Part shown: positions 9,928 to 20,233 of the stretch, piece by piece | How the letters are laid out: every line of letters begins with the position of its first letter | How positions within the stretch are numbered: position 1 is the first letter of the stretch | Source of the DNA: Thermoanaerobaculia bacterium | Lineage (GTDB): Bacteria > Acidobacteriota > Thermoanaerobaculia > Multivoradales > Multivoraceae | NCBI GenBank assembly: GCA_963664405.1 | Contig: OY761158.1 | Location: 224,001-288,000, forward strand | Length of the DNA: 64,000 nucleotides | Direction: 5' to 3' | The notes under the pieces: model-generated | The model's input: the letters and a program-made list of their open reading frames with translations, nothing else | The model's database searches: none | What the model was told of the DNA's origin: nothing | Translations under genes and position numbers: made by a program

Positions 9928-11169
9928 TCAATCACTCCTTTTCTCGACGCCAGCCAGAATAGCTCTATGCGCTCGCAGTCGCAGGCCGTTGATACGTATG
10001 AACCCTTGGGCATCGGTCTGATCATAGCCGCCCTCTACATCCATCGACGACAGATCTCGATCGTAGAGCGAGCTTGGCGACTCGCGGCCAAGAGTCGTGA
10101 TGCCGCCCTTGTAGAGGCGCAGAAGTACCCGACCATCGACGAGCTGCTCGGCCTGGTGAAAGGCGGCGCGGATGAAATCCATCTCCGGGCTGAACCAAAA
10201 ACCGTTGTAAATGAGCTGGGTGAACTTGGGAGACAGGCTGTCCCGCATGCGCAGAACTTCTCTGTCCATGGCGATGCCTTCGAGATCGCGAAGGGCATGG
10301 AAGAGAATCGTGCCGCCAGGCGTCTCGTATACCCCACGCGACTTGATGCCGACAAAGCGATTCTCGACAATATCGATGCGGCCGATCCCGTGCATGCCAC
10401 CGAGGCGATTGAGCTCGAGGAAGAGCTCCAGCGGCTCGGTGACCGTCACCCCCTCGCCGCGTACGACCAACGAGGTCGGTCTCGCGTCCTTGAAATGCAC
10501 CTCGATGTCGATGGGCTCGTCGGGGGCATCGAGGGGAGAAGTAGTGAGATCGAACATATCGTCCGGAGGCGTGCGAAGTGGATCTTCGAGCAGCCCAGCC
10601 TCATAGCTCTTGTGCATGAGATTCTCATCCGTGCTGTAAGGCTTTTCCACACTCACGTCCATGTCGAGCCCGCGCTCCTCGGCGTAGCGAAGAAGATCGC
10701 TCCGGCCCGCGAAGCGAGCAAGAAAATCAGGATCCTTCCACGGTGCGAAGACTCCGAGCTGCGGCCCCAGTGCCGCATACGCGAGCTCGAAACGAACCTG
10801 GTCGTTGCCCTTTCCGGTGGCCCCGTGAGAGAGAACACTCGCACCTTCCGCGACCGCGATCTCGACCTGCCGCCGCGCAATCAGCGGGCGTGCCAGGGAG
10901 GTGCCGAGCAGATAACGGCTCTCGTAGATCGCATTGCCGGCAAGAGAAGGGAATACGAATTCGGTGACAAAGCTCTCGCGAAGATCCTCGACATAGACCT
11001 CCGTGGCCCCGGTGCTGCGCGCACGGCTCTCGACCAGATCGAAGTCCTCGTTCTGGCCCAGATTCGCGACATAGGCTACGACCTCGTAACCTTGCTCTTC
11101 GAGGTACTTCAGAATGCAGGAGGTATCGAGCCCTCCACTGTAGGCGAGAACCACTTTCTTGGCTGACAT
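9928..11169 (-). CDS. argG: Argininosuccinate synthase
   Basis: [44 protein letters not shown]. Confidence 0.98.
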   Translation of the reverse strand: MSAKKVVLAYSGGLDTSCILKYLEEQGYEVVAYVANLGQNEDFDLVESRARSTGATEVYVEDLRESFVTEFVFPSLAGNAIYESRYLLGTSLARPLIARRQVEIAVAEGASVLSHGATGKGNDQVRFELAYAALGPQLGVFAPWKDPDFLARFAGRSDLLRYAEERGLDMDVSVEKPYSTDENLMHKSYEAGLLEDPLRTPPDDMFDLTTSPLDAPDEPIDIEVHFKDARPTSLVVRGEGVTVTEPLELFLELNRLGGMHGIGRIDIVENRFVGIKSRGVYETPGGTILFHALRDLEGIAMDREVLRMRDSLSPKFTQLIYNGFWFSPEMDFIRAAFHQAEQLVDGRVLLRLYKGGITTLGRESPSSLYDRDLSSMDVEGGYDQTDAQGFIRINGLRLRAHRAILAGVEKRSD

Positions 11170-11288
11170 GGAAATGCTTCCTCGTCTGTGACGTCGCGCG
11201 GCTCAAAGCGACGCGAAGGGGCCGAAATTTAGCACAGGAGATGACGCTTCGTCCGCTCTGGGCGGGCGCCGCCTGCCCTAGAGAGGCC

Positions 11289-12641
11289 CTACTCGCGTTC
11301 GACGCGCCGGATCTCCCCGCCGAAGCGCACTCGGATGCGAGCAAGGAAGAGGAGGGCGACGATCGCAAGGCCCAGAGTGAGCCCCCACCACAGTCCCTCC
11401 GGTCCCCAGCCGACTCGAAAGGCCAGCCAGAGTCCTGTGGGAAGGCCAATGATCCAATAGCCAACCAGCGCGATCATCGCCGGAACGCGGGTATCTGCGG
11501 TACCGCGCAGAATGCCGGCTCCGACGACCTGGGCCCCGTCAGCGAGTTGAAAGGCGGCGGCGATCGGGAGCAGGAGCGCGGCCATCCCGACCACCTCCGG
11601 ATCGGCCGTAAACAATCGACTCAGAAAGGTTGGGAATGCGGCGAAGAGCGAACCGAAGCAAGCCATGACCGCGCTACCGAGGCACAGGCCTACCACCGCG
11701 GCGCGCCCAGCTGCCGCCTGGTCCGACCGCCCGATCGCATTTCCGACCCGCGTCGACGCCGCGGCAGAGAGGCCTAGCGGGATCATGAACGACAGACCCG
11801 CCAGATTGAGAGCGATCTGATGGCCCGCCAGCTCTCGCGACCCTATCGAGCCCATCACCACCGCAACGGTCGAGAAGACCCAGCCCTCGAGAGAGATCTG
11901 CAGGCCGATGGGTACACCCAGGGCGAGAAGGCCGCGGAAGGAGCGCCACTGAAAGAGTGCCGAAACGCGGTGGAGATAGGGCCGCAGAGCGGGAAACGAA
12001 AACCCGAAAAGAGAGAGAACCATCACCCATCGGGAGAGGGAGGTGGCAATCGCAGAGCCCCCTACTTCGAGTCGAGGGAACCCAAGGTTGCCGAATATCA
12101 GTGCGTAGTTGGCAACGACATTCACGACATTGCCCAGAATGATCGCCAAGAACGCCGGCCACACGATGTGCATCGCCTGCAGGCTCTGTCGGAAAGCGAC
12201 AAAGAGAAAGAAGGCCGCATTGCCGGGAACAAGAAATCGTAGGTAAGTGGCGGCCTCAGAAAGATGAGGCTCTCTCTGGCCGAGGAGTAGCAGCACCGGA
12301 TCCGTGCGCCACATGATCAGCGAGACCGGAACGCTGGCGAGAACAGCAACCACCAGGCCACGCTGAAGATGCCCAGCGATACGGGAGTGCTCACCTGCAC
12401 CAAAGGCCTGCGACACCAGCGGCCCCAGCCCCATTAGGATCCCCATCGGGAGCATCAGAAGGCCGAAGCTCACCGAGTTCCCGAGACCACCCGCGGCAAG
12501 AGCGGTGGCGCTCACCCGGCCGAGCATCATCGTGTCGACGGTGCCCATCAGCATCATCCCGAGCTGCGCACCGACAACCGGGCCGGCGAGAGCAAGGAGT
12601 CCGCGGGCCTCCAGGCGCCACTCTTTCGTATCAAATGCCAT
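11289..12641 (-). CDS. MATE family efflux transporter (NorM-like)
   Basis: VDTMMLG, SQAFGA, LIFGNLGFPRL, STRVGNAIG, LRGTADTRVP; about 12 TM. Confidence 0.93.
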   Translation of the reverse strand: MAFDTKEWRLEARGLLALAGPVVGAQLGMMLMGTVDTMMLGRVSATALAAGGLGNSVSFGLLMLPMGILMGLGPLVSQAFGAGEHSRIAGHLQRGLVVAVLASVPVSLIMWRTDPVLLLLGQREPHLSEAATYLRFLVPGNAAFFLFVAFRQSLQAMHIVWPAFLAIILGNVVNVVANYALIFGNLGFPRLEVGGSAIATSLSRWVMVLSLFGFSFPALRPYLHRVSALFQWRSFRGLLALGVPIGLQISLEGWVFSTVAVVMGSIGSRELAGHQIALNLAGLSFMIPLGLSAAASTRVGNAIGRSDQAAAGRAAVVGLCLGSAVMACFGSLFAAFPTFLSRLFTADPEVVGMAALLLPIAAAFQLADGAQVVGAGILRGTADTRVPAMIALVGYWIIGLPTGLWLAFRVGWGPEGLWWGLTLGLAIVALLFLARIRVRFGGEIRRVERE

Positions 12642-12740
12642 CGCTGGTCGGGCTATTGTAGGCTTGCCGTCTTATGTTCGGCACCAAACCGGCTCACTGA
12701 GAGTGAGCGCGCGAAACTCGAAGAGCTCGCTCTAGGAACG

Positions 12741-13721
12741 ATGCTGGGCTACATCCTCAGGCGAGCCGGCTCCGGCGTCATCACTCTCTTCGGCATCACG
12801 GTCGTCTCCTTCGGCATAATCCAACTGGCGCCCGGCGACCCGGCTCAGCTGCAAACCTCCCAGATCGCCGACGCAGCGGTTTCGCAGCGTGTCTACGAGC
12901 AACTGCGCGAGCTCTACGGTCTCGACCGCCCCCTCTACGAGCAATACGCCAGGTGGCTGGGACGCCTGGCTCAAGGCGACCTCGGCAGCTCTTTCCACGA
13001 CGGGCGCAGAGTAAGTAGAAAGATCGGTGAAGCGCTGTGGCCGACACTCTCAGTGGCTCTCATCTCACTCTTCGGCACCCTTCTGATCGCAGTCCCTATC
13101 GGCATCTTCAGCGCGGTTAGACAGGGTGGCCCGTTCGACCGGGTCTCGAGCACCGTGCTCTACATGCTTTATTCGATCCCGAGCTACGTCATGGGAATGC
13201 TCCTGATTCTCTATTTCGGCGTCAAGCTCGATCTCTTACCCTTTCGCGGCATGCGCTCGGACGACTTCAACGAGCTCGGCGCCGTAGGCCAGTTCTGGGA
13301 CCTCGCGAAGCACTATGTGATGATCACCTTCTGCTACACCTTCGGCAATCTCGCCTATTGGTCGCGCTTCGTTCGTCAGAATCTGCTCGAGGTCATCCGC
13401 CAGGACTATGTTCGCACCGCCAGGGCCAAGGGCCTCGAGGAGCGGGTGGTGATTCTCCGCCACGCCTTCCGCAACAGCCTCATCCCGCTCATCTCGCTGA
13501 TCGGCCTGACCTTTCCTTTCGTCCTCAGCGGCAGCGTGATCCTCGAGTACATGTTCAACTGGCCCGGCCTCGGTCGCCTCTACTTCGAGTCGGTACTCGC
13601 ACGCGACTACCCCACCATCATGGCGTTGAACTTCATCACCGCGATCATGGTGCTCGCCGCTACATTTATCGCCGACATGGCCTATGGCCTCGTCGACCCC
13701 AGAGTGTCTTATGAGCGCTAA
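12741..13721 (+). CDS. Peptide/nickel ABC transporter permease (OppB/DppB-like)
   Basis: APGDP, YGLDRPLYEQY, EAA loop QDYVRTARAKGL, FNWPGLG, RDYP. Confidence 0.93.
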   Translation: MLGYILRRAGSGVITLFGITVVSFGIIQLAPGDPAQLQTSQIADAAVSQRVYEQLRELYGLDRPLYEQYARWLGRLAQGDLGSSFHDGRRVSRKIGEALWPTLSVALISLFGTLLIAVPIGIFSAVRQGGPFDRVSSTVLYMLYSIPSYVMGMLLILYFGVKLDLLPFRGMRSDDFNELGAVGQFWDLAKHYVMITFCYTFGNLAYWSRFVRQNLLEVIRQDYVRTARAKGLEERVVILRHAFRNSLIPLISLIGLTFPFVLSGSVILEYMFNWPGLGRLYFESVLARDYPTIMALNFITAIMVLAATFIADMAYGLVDPRVSYER

Positions 13722-14763
13722 GGACCCCAGCCCAGGCTATTGGCGTTCGGCGGGGCGACGCTTTCGCAAGTCGAAGCTCGGCATGGTGGGCCTGATCACC
13801 GTTCTGATCTTGATCACGGTGGCGCTGCTCGCTCCTCTCCTCGCCAATGAGCAGCCGATCATGTGCCGCTACGAGGACGAGCTTTTCTTCCCTGCCATCG
13901 TCGACGCGGTGCACAACATCCCTCTCACTCGCTTCGTGATCAGGAAAGACCGACCTTTTCGACTCGCGACCTTCGACTTCAAGGCAGAGTTCGACCCGCA
14001 GCGTGGCGACTGGGCCCTATGGACACCCATCCCCTTCGGTCCACGAGAGATCGTCTCGGAGCCCCTCGCGGGTCCGTCGTCGACGCACTGGCTGGGAACA
14101 GACCAGTCGGGGCGCGACGTGCTTTCGCGCATGATCCACGGCACCAGCGTCTCGATGCGGGTCGGATTCATCTCGATGGGGATCGCCGTTGTGATCGGCC
14201 TCGTGCTTGGCTCGATCGCCGGTTATGCCGGTCGCTGGCCCGACATGCTGATCTCTCGCTTTATCGAGGTCGTCATGTGTTTTCCCTCCTTCTTCCTCAT
14301 CCTTGCGGTGCTGGCGTGGTTCCCGCCGCGGATCGAGAACGTGATGATCGTCATCGGACTGACCCGATGGGTCGGCATCGCCCGTTTTGCCCGCGGAGAG
14401 ATCCTCCGTATCCGCGAGACCGACTACGCGGCCGCGGCCGCATCGCTGGGCTTCTCGGCTCCCCGAATCATCTTCCGTCACCTCCTTCCCAACGCCATGG
14501 CGCCGGTAATGGTCAGCGTGACGTTTGGTATAGCGGTGGCAATTCTGGTTGAAGCCGGACTCTCCTGGCTCGGCTTCGGTGTCCAGCCGCCAAACCCCTC
14601 CTGGGGCACCATCTTGCGGTCGGGATACGAGAACCTCTTTACCTCGCCGCATATGATTCCGCCGGCCTGTATTGCGATCTTCCTCGCCGTTCTCTCCTTC
14701 AACCTGGTGGGCGACGCGCTTCGCGACGTCATCGACCCACGACTGCAGCAGACTCGCGACTGA
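13711..14763 (+). CDS. Peptide/nickel ABC transporter permease (OppC/DppC-like)
   Basis: HWLGTDQSGRDVLSR, RHLLPN, EAGLSWLGFG, PSWG, GDALRDVIDPR. Confidence 0.93.
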   Translation: MSAKDPSPGYWRSAGRRFRKSKLGMVGLITVLILITVALLAPLLANEQPIMCRYEDELFFPAIVDAVHNIPLTRFVIRKDRPFRLATFDFKAEFDPQRGDWALWTPIPFGPREIVSEPLAGPSSTHWLGTDQSGRDVLSRMIHGTSVSMRVGFISMGIAVVIGLVLGSIAGYAGRWPDMLISRFIEVVMCFPSFFLILAVLAWFPPRIENVMIVIGLTRWVGIARFARGEILRIRETDYAAAAASLGFSAPRIIFRHLLPNAMAPVMVSVTFGIAVAILVEAGLSWLGFGVQPPNPSWGTILRSGYENLFTSPHMIPPACIAIFLAVLSFNLVGDALRDVIDPRLQQTRD

Positions 14764-14783
14764 AGAAGGCCCGGTGGCGCGGC

Positions 14784-15479
14784 CTAGCTCTTGGAGGGGG
14801 CTTTGGAGGGGGCTTCGGAGGCGGCCTCGAAGGCGCTGACCAGATCGGCCAGAAGCTCCTCATCCGAGTGAATCAGGGGATCCTCGAAAGCTTCGACCAT
14901 TCCCTTCATGGTGAGCACACCTAGAACGGCCATGTGCGCCAAGAACGCGAGCCGACGCATCTGCGATCGCTCCTCTTCTGTCGTCTCTCCCCCGTCGCTC
15001 TCCAACTTGCGCTGTACGCTGCCGTAAATGAGGTCGTTGATCGGTCTGACGGCTTCGAGCATCTCCGAAGTGGGATGCACCGTCTCGGGGCCGGCAACCT
15101 GTTGGTAGAGATAGGCCAGCCTGAAGGCGTCCAAGCGCCCCTGATAGTGCTCGAAGGAGGTCTCGATCAGAGTGCGAAGGGCGGCTTTCCCGCTCGCGGC
15201 CGGCTCGACGGCCTTAGCGATCCTCTCGGCCTCGCTGCGCAGCTCGCTGTGAACGGCTTCGAAGAGCAATGCATCCTTCGACGGGAAGTAGTAGTAAAGC
15301 GCTGCCTTGGTCAGCTCTAGCTCTTGTGCCACCGCGTCGAGAGTAAAGCCCGATGTGCCCTCGCGGGTCAGGATGGTCCGGGTAGCCTCGAGGATCTCGT
15401 TTCGCACCTGCGCCCGCCGACGCTCTCGCCGGGCGACCCTGAGGTCCTGCTTTCTATTTTCCTTTCCAATTTGACTCAT
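14784..15479 (-). CDS. TetR/AcrR family regulator
   Basis: HTH TLDAVAQELELTKAALYYYFPSKDALL. Confidence 0.92.
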   Translation of the reverse strand: MSQIGKENRKQDLRVARRERRRAQVRNEILEATRTILTREGTSGFTLDAVAQELELTKAALYYYFPSKDALLFEAVHSELRSEAERIAKAVEPAASGKAALRTLIETSFEHYQGRLDAFRLAYLYQQVAGPETVHPTSEMLEAVRPINDLIYGSVQRKLESDGGETTEEERSQMRRLAFLAHMAVLGVLTMKGMVEAFEDPLIHSDEELLADLVSAFEAASEAPSKAPSKS

Positions 15480-15512
15480 GATAGAGAAATTCTATCATCA
15501 GTTGAATTTTCT
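15480..15512. promoter_or_regulatory. Putative TetR operator in a divergent promoter
   Basis: AT-rich nested inverted repeats GATAGA-N5-TCTATC and AAATTC-N11-GAATTT between the divergent tetR and GST genes. Confidence 0.5.
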
Positions 15513-15550
15513 GCTATGGTTCACAAGCTGCAAACAACAAGGAGCCGGGA

Positions 15551-16303
15551 ATGACCAAGACCCAGCAGACAGATCCAATTCGGTTGTTCGTCGTCGGAGA
15601 CGGATGGGGCATACCCTTCGTGACGGCTGCCCCCTTCCCGCTCAAAGTGGCGACCTGGTTGCGGATGACAGGCCTGAAGCACGACATCGTCATCGAAAAC
15701 AACCCCGGCAAAGGACCCAAGGGCAAGACCCCCTGGATCGAAGACGGCAACGTCCGCATGGGCGACAGCGAGCTCATCATCCGCTACCTCACTCAAAAGT
15801 ATGAGGTCGACCCGGATGCCCATCTCTCCCCCGGTGAACGCGCCCTCTCCTTAGCATGGCACCGCACTTTCGAGGAGCATTACCACCAGGCCTTCGAGCA
15901 TCAGCTCTTTCTCGGTCGCGGAGGCGCCGACCGGCTACGCGAGTTCGGTTCCTCGCTGCCGCCTGTCGCACGAACGATCGTTCCGGTCTTGTTCGGCTCG
16001 CACCTGAAGAAGCAGCTCCATGCACGGGGCGTCGCCCGCCATGACGAGTCCGAGATCATCGCCATGGGCCGAGCGGACCTGGATGCCGCTTCCACGTTTC
16101 TCGGCGACCGCCCCTATTTCCTCGGCGACGCTCCTTCAGGTGTAGACGCCTGCGCCTTCGGATTCCTCGGCGTCAGTATCTATGTCGAAGGAGACAATCC
16201 TCTGTTTCGCCACGCCGCGTCGTTGAATAACCTGTCAGCGTACTGCGAGCGCATGCGGGAGCGCTACTTTCCCGAGACAACGCGTGCCGACGCGGCAGCC
16301 TAG
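15551..16303 (+). CDS. Glutathione S-transferase-like protein, metaxin/Tom37/FAX type
   Basis: PFPLKVATWLR, GPKGKTPWIED, DSELII, LGDRPYFLGDAPSGVDACAFG. Confidence 0.85.
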   Translation: MTKTQQTDPIRLFVVGDGWGIPFVTAAPFPLKVATWLRMTGLKHDIVIENNPGKGPKGKTPWIEDGNVRMGDSELIIRYLTQKYEVDPDAHLSPGERALSLAWHRTFEEHYHQAFEHQLFLGRGGADRLREFGSSLPPVARTIVPVLFGSHLKKQLHARGVARHDESEIIAMGRADLDAASTFLGDRPYFLGDAPSGVDACAFGFLGVSIYVEGDNPLFRHAASLNNLSAYCERMRERYFPETTRADAAA

Positions 16304-16319
16304 CGTCATCTCGGGCCGC

Positions 16320-16498
16320 CTGGACCAGCGTTTCCAAAGTTCGTGTTGCATAGCTCGAGGTCATTCTGTTCGCTGGCCAGGCGCGCCGACGCAGGCATAT
16401 TGGGCAATATGTCGAGGAGCGCGGGGGCGCCTAGCCAACGCCGCCAGCGGGCAGAAGGGGCCGAGATATGTGCGCGAGCTTTGGAAACGCTGGTCTAG
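16320..16498 (+). repeat. CTAG-bounded long foldback element (copy A)
   Basis: Arms CTGGACCAGCGTTTCCAAAGTTCGTG and CGCGAGCTTTGGAAACGCTGGTCTAG. Core is homologous to 40377-40542. The terminal CTAG contains the hemF stop codon. Confidence 0.85.
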
Positions 16499-17409
16499 AT
16501 CCACTCTCTTGGTTTCAAAAACTCGTCAGCGAAGCGGGCCTCGGGAGAGCCGGCCTCCGGCTCCCAGCCGTACTCCCAGCGCGCCAGCGGGGGTAGGGAC
16601 ATGAGAATCGACTCAGTGCGCCCACCGGATTGAAGCCCGAAACGGGTACCGCGGTCATGGAGGAGGTTGAACTCGACGTAACGGCCTCTCCGATAGAGCT
16701 GGAACTGACGCTCCCTTTCCCCGAAGGGCGCCTCACGGCGACGTGCAACGATCGGCAGGTAGGCAGGGCCGATGTGATCGCCAACGCTGCGATTGAAGGC
16801 GAAGCAGCGCTCGAAGCCCCACTCGTTGAGATCGTCGTAGAAGAGACCGCCAACGCCTCGGGTCTCCTCTCGATGAGGGAGATAGAAGTATTCGTCGCAC
16901 CACTTCTTGAAGCGGGCGTAGGTACCTAACGCAAAGCCCTCGCAGGCACTGCGAACAGTCCGGTGCCAATGGATCGCGTCCTCGTCGAAGCCGTAGTAGG
17001 GCGTCAGATCCATGCCACCCCCGAACCACCACACCGGCTCCTTTTCTGGAGCCTCGGCCACGAACACTCGGAGGTTGGCATGCATCGTTGGAACGAAGGG
17101 GTTCAAGGGGTGCAACACGAGGGATACTCCTGCCGCCCGAAACGATCTGCCGGCTAGCTCCGGGCGCTGAGCGCTCGCCGCGGCAGGCAGCTCATCACCG
17201 GTAATGTGCGAGAAGTTCACGCCGGCCTGTTCAAACAGCTTGCCGTCGCGTAGGACCCGTGTTCTCCCACCTCCGCCGCCGGGACGCTCCCAGAGCTCTT
17301 CCACAAAATGAGCCGAGCCATCGGCGTCCTCGAAAGCAGTGCACAACCGCTCCTGCAGGTCGCGGTAGTACTCGTCGACGACATCGATATCTACAGCCTC
17401 TACCATCAC
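16495..17409 (-). CDS. hemF: Oxygen-dependent coproporphyrinogen III oxidase
   Basis: [55 protein letters not shown]. Confidence 0.98.
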   Translation of the reverse strand: MMVEAVDIDVVDEYYRDLQERLCTAFEDADGSAHFVEELWERPGGGGGRTRVLRDGKLFEQAGVNFSHITGDELPAAASAQRPELAGRSFRAAGVSLVLHPLNPFVPTMHANLRVFVAEAPEKEPVWWFGGGMDLTPYYGFDEDAIHWHRTVRSACEGFALGTYARFKKWCDEYFYLPHREETRGVGGLFYDDLNEWGFERCFAFNRSVGDHIGPAYLPIVARRREAPFGERERQFQLYRRGRYVEFNLLHDRGTRFGLQSGGRTESILMSLPPLARWEYGWEPEAGSPEARFADEFLKPREWI

Positions 17410-17427
17410 CCCTCCCGGCGCGGCAGT

Positions 17428-18537
17428 CTACTCGAATGTCGCTCGAGTCGCCCCACGCGAATACACCCGGCAGCCAGTCTGCTTGACCACGAAGAAAACC
17501 TCGCGCCCCACTTCGAGATCCAGCTCTTTACGGGCCTGCGGAGTCACCTCGGCGACCAGCTCCGGCCCCTCCGCTGCGACCGCCGCCAGCACCATTTCCA
17601 GCCCTTCGACCGACCGTACCGATCGAATTCGGCAGCGCAGGTAGTTCTGCGCTGATAGACCCCTGGGGCGCTCAACGGCCACCAGGATCTGCTGCGCGGG
17701 AACTCCCACCAGAACGCTCTCTCCTACTCCTTCCACAAAAGAAGGCACCTTCAACCGCACGCCGGCGCAGAGCTCAACTTCCCCCGCGCCCCCCTCGGCC
17801 GCACAGGCTGTACCTACGAGAAGATTCTCGAAACCTTCGTCGCGAACCAGAGGATGAACCCCCGGGTCGGTAAGGACATCGGCCACGGCCCCCTGCGCCA
17901 CCACCGCCCCTCGCCGCAACACCACTACCTCCTCACATAGCGCTTGAACCTCGAGTGGGTCGTGCGACACATGGAGAAAAGGAAGGTCGAGCTCGTCGCG
18001 CAGGCGGCGCAGAAAGGGCAGGATTCGCCGTCGCAGCGGAAGATCGAGAGACGCCAGGGGCTCATCGAGCACGAGCAGTCGGGGCGCGCTGCATACCGCC
18101 CTGGCAAGAGCCACCCGCTGCCGTTCACCCCCCGACAGCCCTCCGACACTGCGCTCTAGCAGACCCTCGATCTCGAGCAGCTGAGTGATCCGTCGCAGAA
18201 GATCACTGTCCGCCTCGGGGGCTCGCCCTCTCCGAGCCGAGCCGGACAACAGGTTGGCCCGCACATCGAGATGCGGGAAGAGCAATCCGTCCTGAGGCAC
18301 GTAACCCACCCGGCGCTCCTCCGGCGGCACGAAAAGCCCAGCGTCGGTGTCGAGCCAGATCTCGCCCTCGTAGACGACTCGGCCTTTCGCATCTCGGCGC
18401 AGACCGGCGATGACCTCGAGCAGACTCGTCTTCCCCGCGCCCGAGGCACCGAATATGCTGGTGAGCCGCCGATCGGCGCTAAACGAAACCTGAAGAGGAA
18501 AGGGGGCGAGCTCGAGGCGAATGTCGACCTGCAACAT
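17428..18537 (-). CDS. modC: Molybdate ABC transporter ATP-binding protein
   Basis: GASGAGKT, LSGGERQRV, LDEP, C-terminal TOBE domains; downstream of modB. Confidence 0.92.
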   Translation of the reverse strand: MLQVDIRLELAPFPLQVSFSADRRLTSIFGASGAGKTSLLEVIAGLRRDAKGRVVYEGEIWLDTDAGLFVPPEERRVGYVPQDGLLFPHLDVRANLLSGSARRGRAPEADSDLLRRITQLLEIEGLLERSVGGLSGGERQRVALARAVCSAPRLLVLDEPLASLDLPLRRRILPFLRRLRDELDLPFLHVSHDPLEVQALCEEVVVLRRGAVVAQGAVADVLTDPGVHPLVRDEGFENLLVGTACAAEGGAGEVELCAGVRLKVPSFVEGVGESVLVGVPAQQILVAVERPRGLSAQNYLRCRIRSVRSVEGLEMVLAAVAAEGPELVAEVTPQARKELDLEVGREVFFVVKQTGCRVYSRGATRATFE

Positions 18538-18546
18538 CGACCACTC

Positions 18547-19230
18547 TCAGCGCAGACCGGAGCGCCGTACGCTCGGCACGCCGGCCAGCCTCTCCGAAGC
18601 AAATATCGCAACAAAACCGACAAGCACCGCTGCGATCAGGAGCAGTGTCGCCTCCCGATCGCGGCCACCTTGCTGTGCCGAGAAGATCGCGCCGGCCAGG
18701 GTACGCGTACGCCCCTGAATATTGCCGGCAACCATCACTGTGGCCCCGAACTCCCCCACCGCCCGCGTAAAGCCGAGAATCGCCGCTGCAAGAAGCCCGC
18801 GCCGCGCCATCGGCAAGGTAAAGCGAAAAAAGGCCGATACACCGCTGTGCCCCAGAGTACGGGCCATCTGCTCGAGGCGCGGATCGATCGCCTCGAAGGT
18901 GACGCGAGCGGTGCGCACGACCAGAGGAAGAGCCATTACCGAGCTTGCGAGAACCGCCCCCTTCCAGGTCAGGAGCAACCCTAGGTCCACTCCCAGCGTC
19001 GAGCGACCGAGGGGTCCCTCGCTGCCCAGCAGCCGCAACAGCAGAAGGCCCACCGCAGTAGGGGGTAAGACCAGAGGGAGACTGGTCAGGGCCACCAGTA
19101 CCGACCTTCCGTAGAAAGACCGTCGGGCCATGGCGTACGCGAGACCCGCACCGAGCGGCAACACCAGCAGAATTGAGACCGAGGCAACGAGGAGGGTCAG
19201 ACGGAGGGCGGAAAGGGCATCCGGCACCAC
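18547..19230 (-). CDS. modB: Molybdate ABC transporter permease
   Basis: [32 protein letters not shown]. Confidence 0.93.
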   Translation of the reverse strand: MVPDALSALRLTLLVASVSILLVLPLGAGLAYAMARRSFYGRSVLVALTSLPLVLPPTAVGLLLLRLLGSEGPLGRSTLGVDLGLLLTWKGAVLASSVMALPLVVRTARVTFEAIDPRLEQMARTLGHSGVSAFFRFTLPMARRGLLAAAILGFTRAVGEFGATVMVAGNIQGRTRTLAGAIFSAQQGGRDREATLLLIAAVLVGFVAIFASERLAGVPSVRRSGLR

Positions 19231-19274
19231 CGCAGGATTCTGTCACGTGAGAGTCTGTCGAGACAGAGTCTTCG

Positions 19275-20117
19275 TTACAGGGGCTCGAAGCCCCAGGATC
19301 GAAAGATCTCGGTAGCCACCGGCCCGACCAGGAACGAGAGAAAGACCTCCGCGGGCCCTGAGTTGCTCTGCCCACCCTGAACCAGCGCCGCCGGATAGCG
19401 GATTGGCGCGCCACGCGAACGGGGAAACTCGAAAACCAGCCTGACCTTCGACTGCCGATGCACATCCGTCCTATAAACGATTCCGACCGCACGCGGCTCT
19501 TGCTCCACCAGGCCGAGAGCCGCGCGTACGTCGACCGCCGGGACCACAAACTCCTCGATCTTGCTCCAGAGATCCCCATCCCCGACTCGGACACTTTCCA
19601 GAACCGCCCTGGCGTAGCGCCCCACCGGTACGGCATCGGGGTCGCCCATTGAGAGATGATGAAAGTCCCCGCCTGCAAGGTCCTCGAGGCGCTCCATCGA
19701 GAATCTACTGTCGGGGTGGGCAACAACCACTAAGCGATTGCCGCATAGATCCAGTCGCGTCCCCGGCACCAGCCGGTTCTCTTCGTCGACGAAGTCCATC
19801 CAAAATTCGTCGGCCGAGATGAAGAGGTCGGCCCGGCCGCCGGCCCGGAGTTGCTGCGCGAGGGCGTTGGAGGCCGCAAAGTTGAAAGTGATCGGCAGTC
19901 CGCCCGACTCACCAAAGGCCTCGGCAACCTCCACCAGCGCCCCCTCGAGGCTCGCCGCGGCAAACACCACCAGCTCCTCTTCCTGCTCACCAGCTCCACC
20001 ACATCCGAAGGAAACCAAGAGCAGGGCTACGAGTGCCGCTCTTTCGCCACGCAGCCGCGAGCGACCGGCTGCCCGCAACCGCCTCCTTTCGCCTGGCAAG
20101 CGAAGCGGAGATGCCAT
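19275..20117 (-). CDS. modA: Molybdate ABC transporter substrate-binding lipoprotein; start approximate
   Basis: Lipobox-like SFGC, VFAAASL, FAASNALAQQ, ADLFISAD, VPVGRYA, GIVYRTD. Confidence 0.9.
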   Translation of the reverse strand: MASPLRLPGERRRLRAAGRSRLRGERAALVALLLVSFGCGGAGEQEEELVVFAAASLEGALVEVAEAFGESGGLPITFNFAASNALAQQLRAGGRADLFISADEFWMDFVDEENRLVPGTRLDLCGNRLVVVAHPDSRFSMERLEDLAGGDFHHLSMGDPDAVPVGRYARAVLESVRVGDGDLWSKIEEFVVPAVDVRAALGLVEQEPRAVGIVYRTDVHRQSKVRLVFEFPRSRGAPIRYPAALVQGGQSNSGPAEVFLSFLVGPVATEIFRSWGFEPL

Positions 20118-20233
20118 CCGGGCCGTCCGCGCCTCGCACCACATCGGCACCACTCTATCGAACGCAGCCGAGGCGAGATAACTCCGGTGCCCATCTCCTA
20201 TACTTCGATCTCGTCTCCAGATCGGACCCAGGC

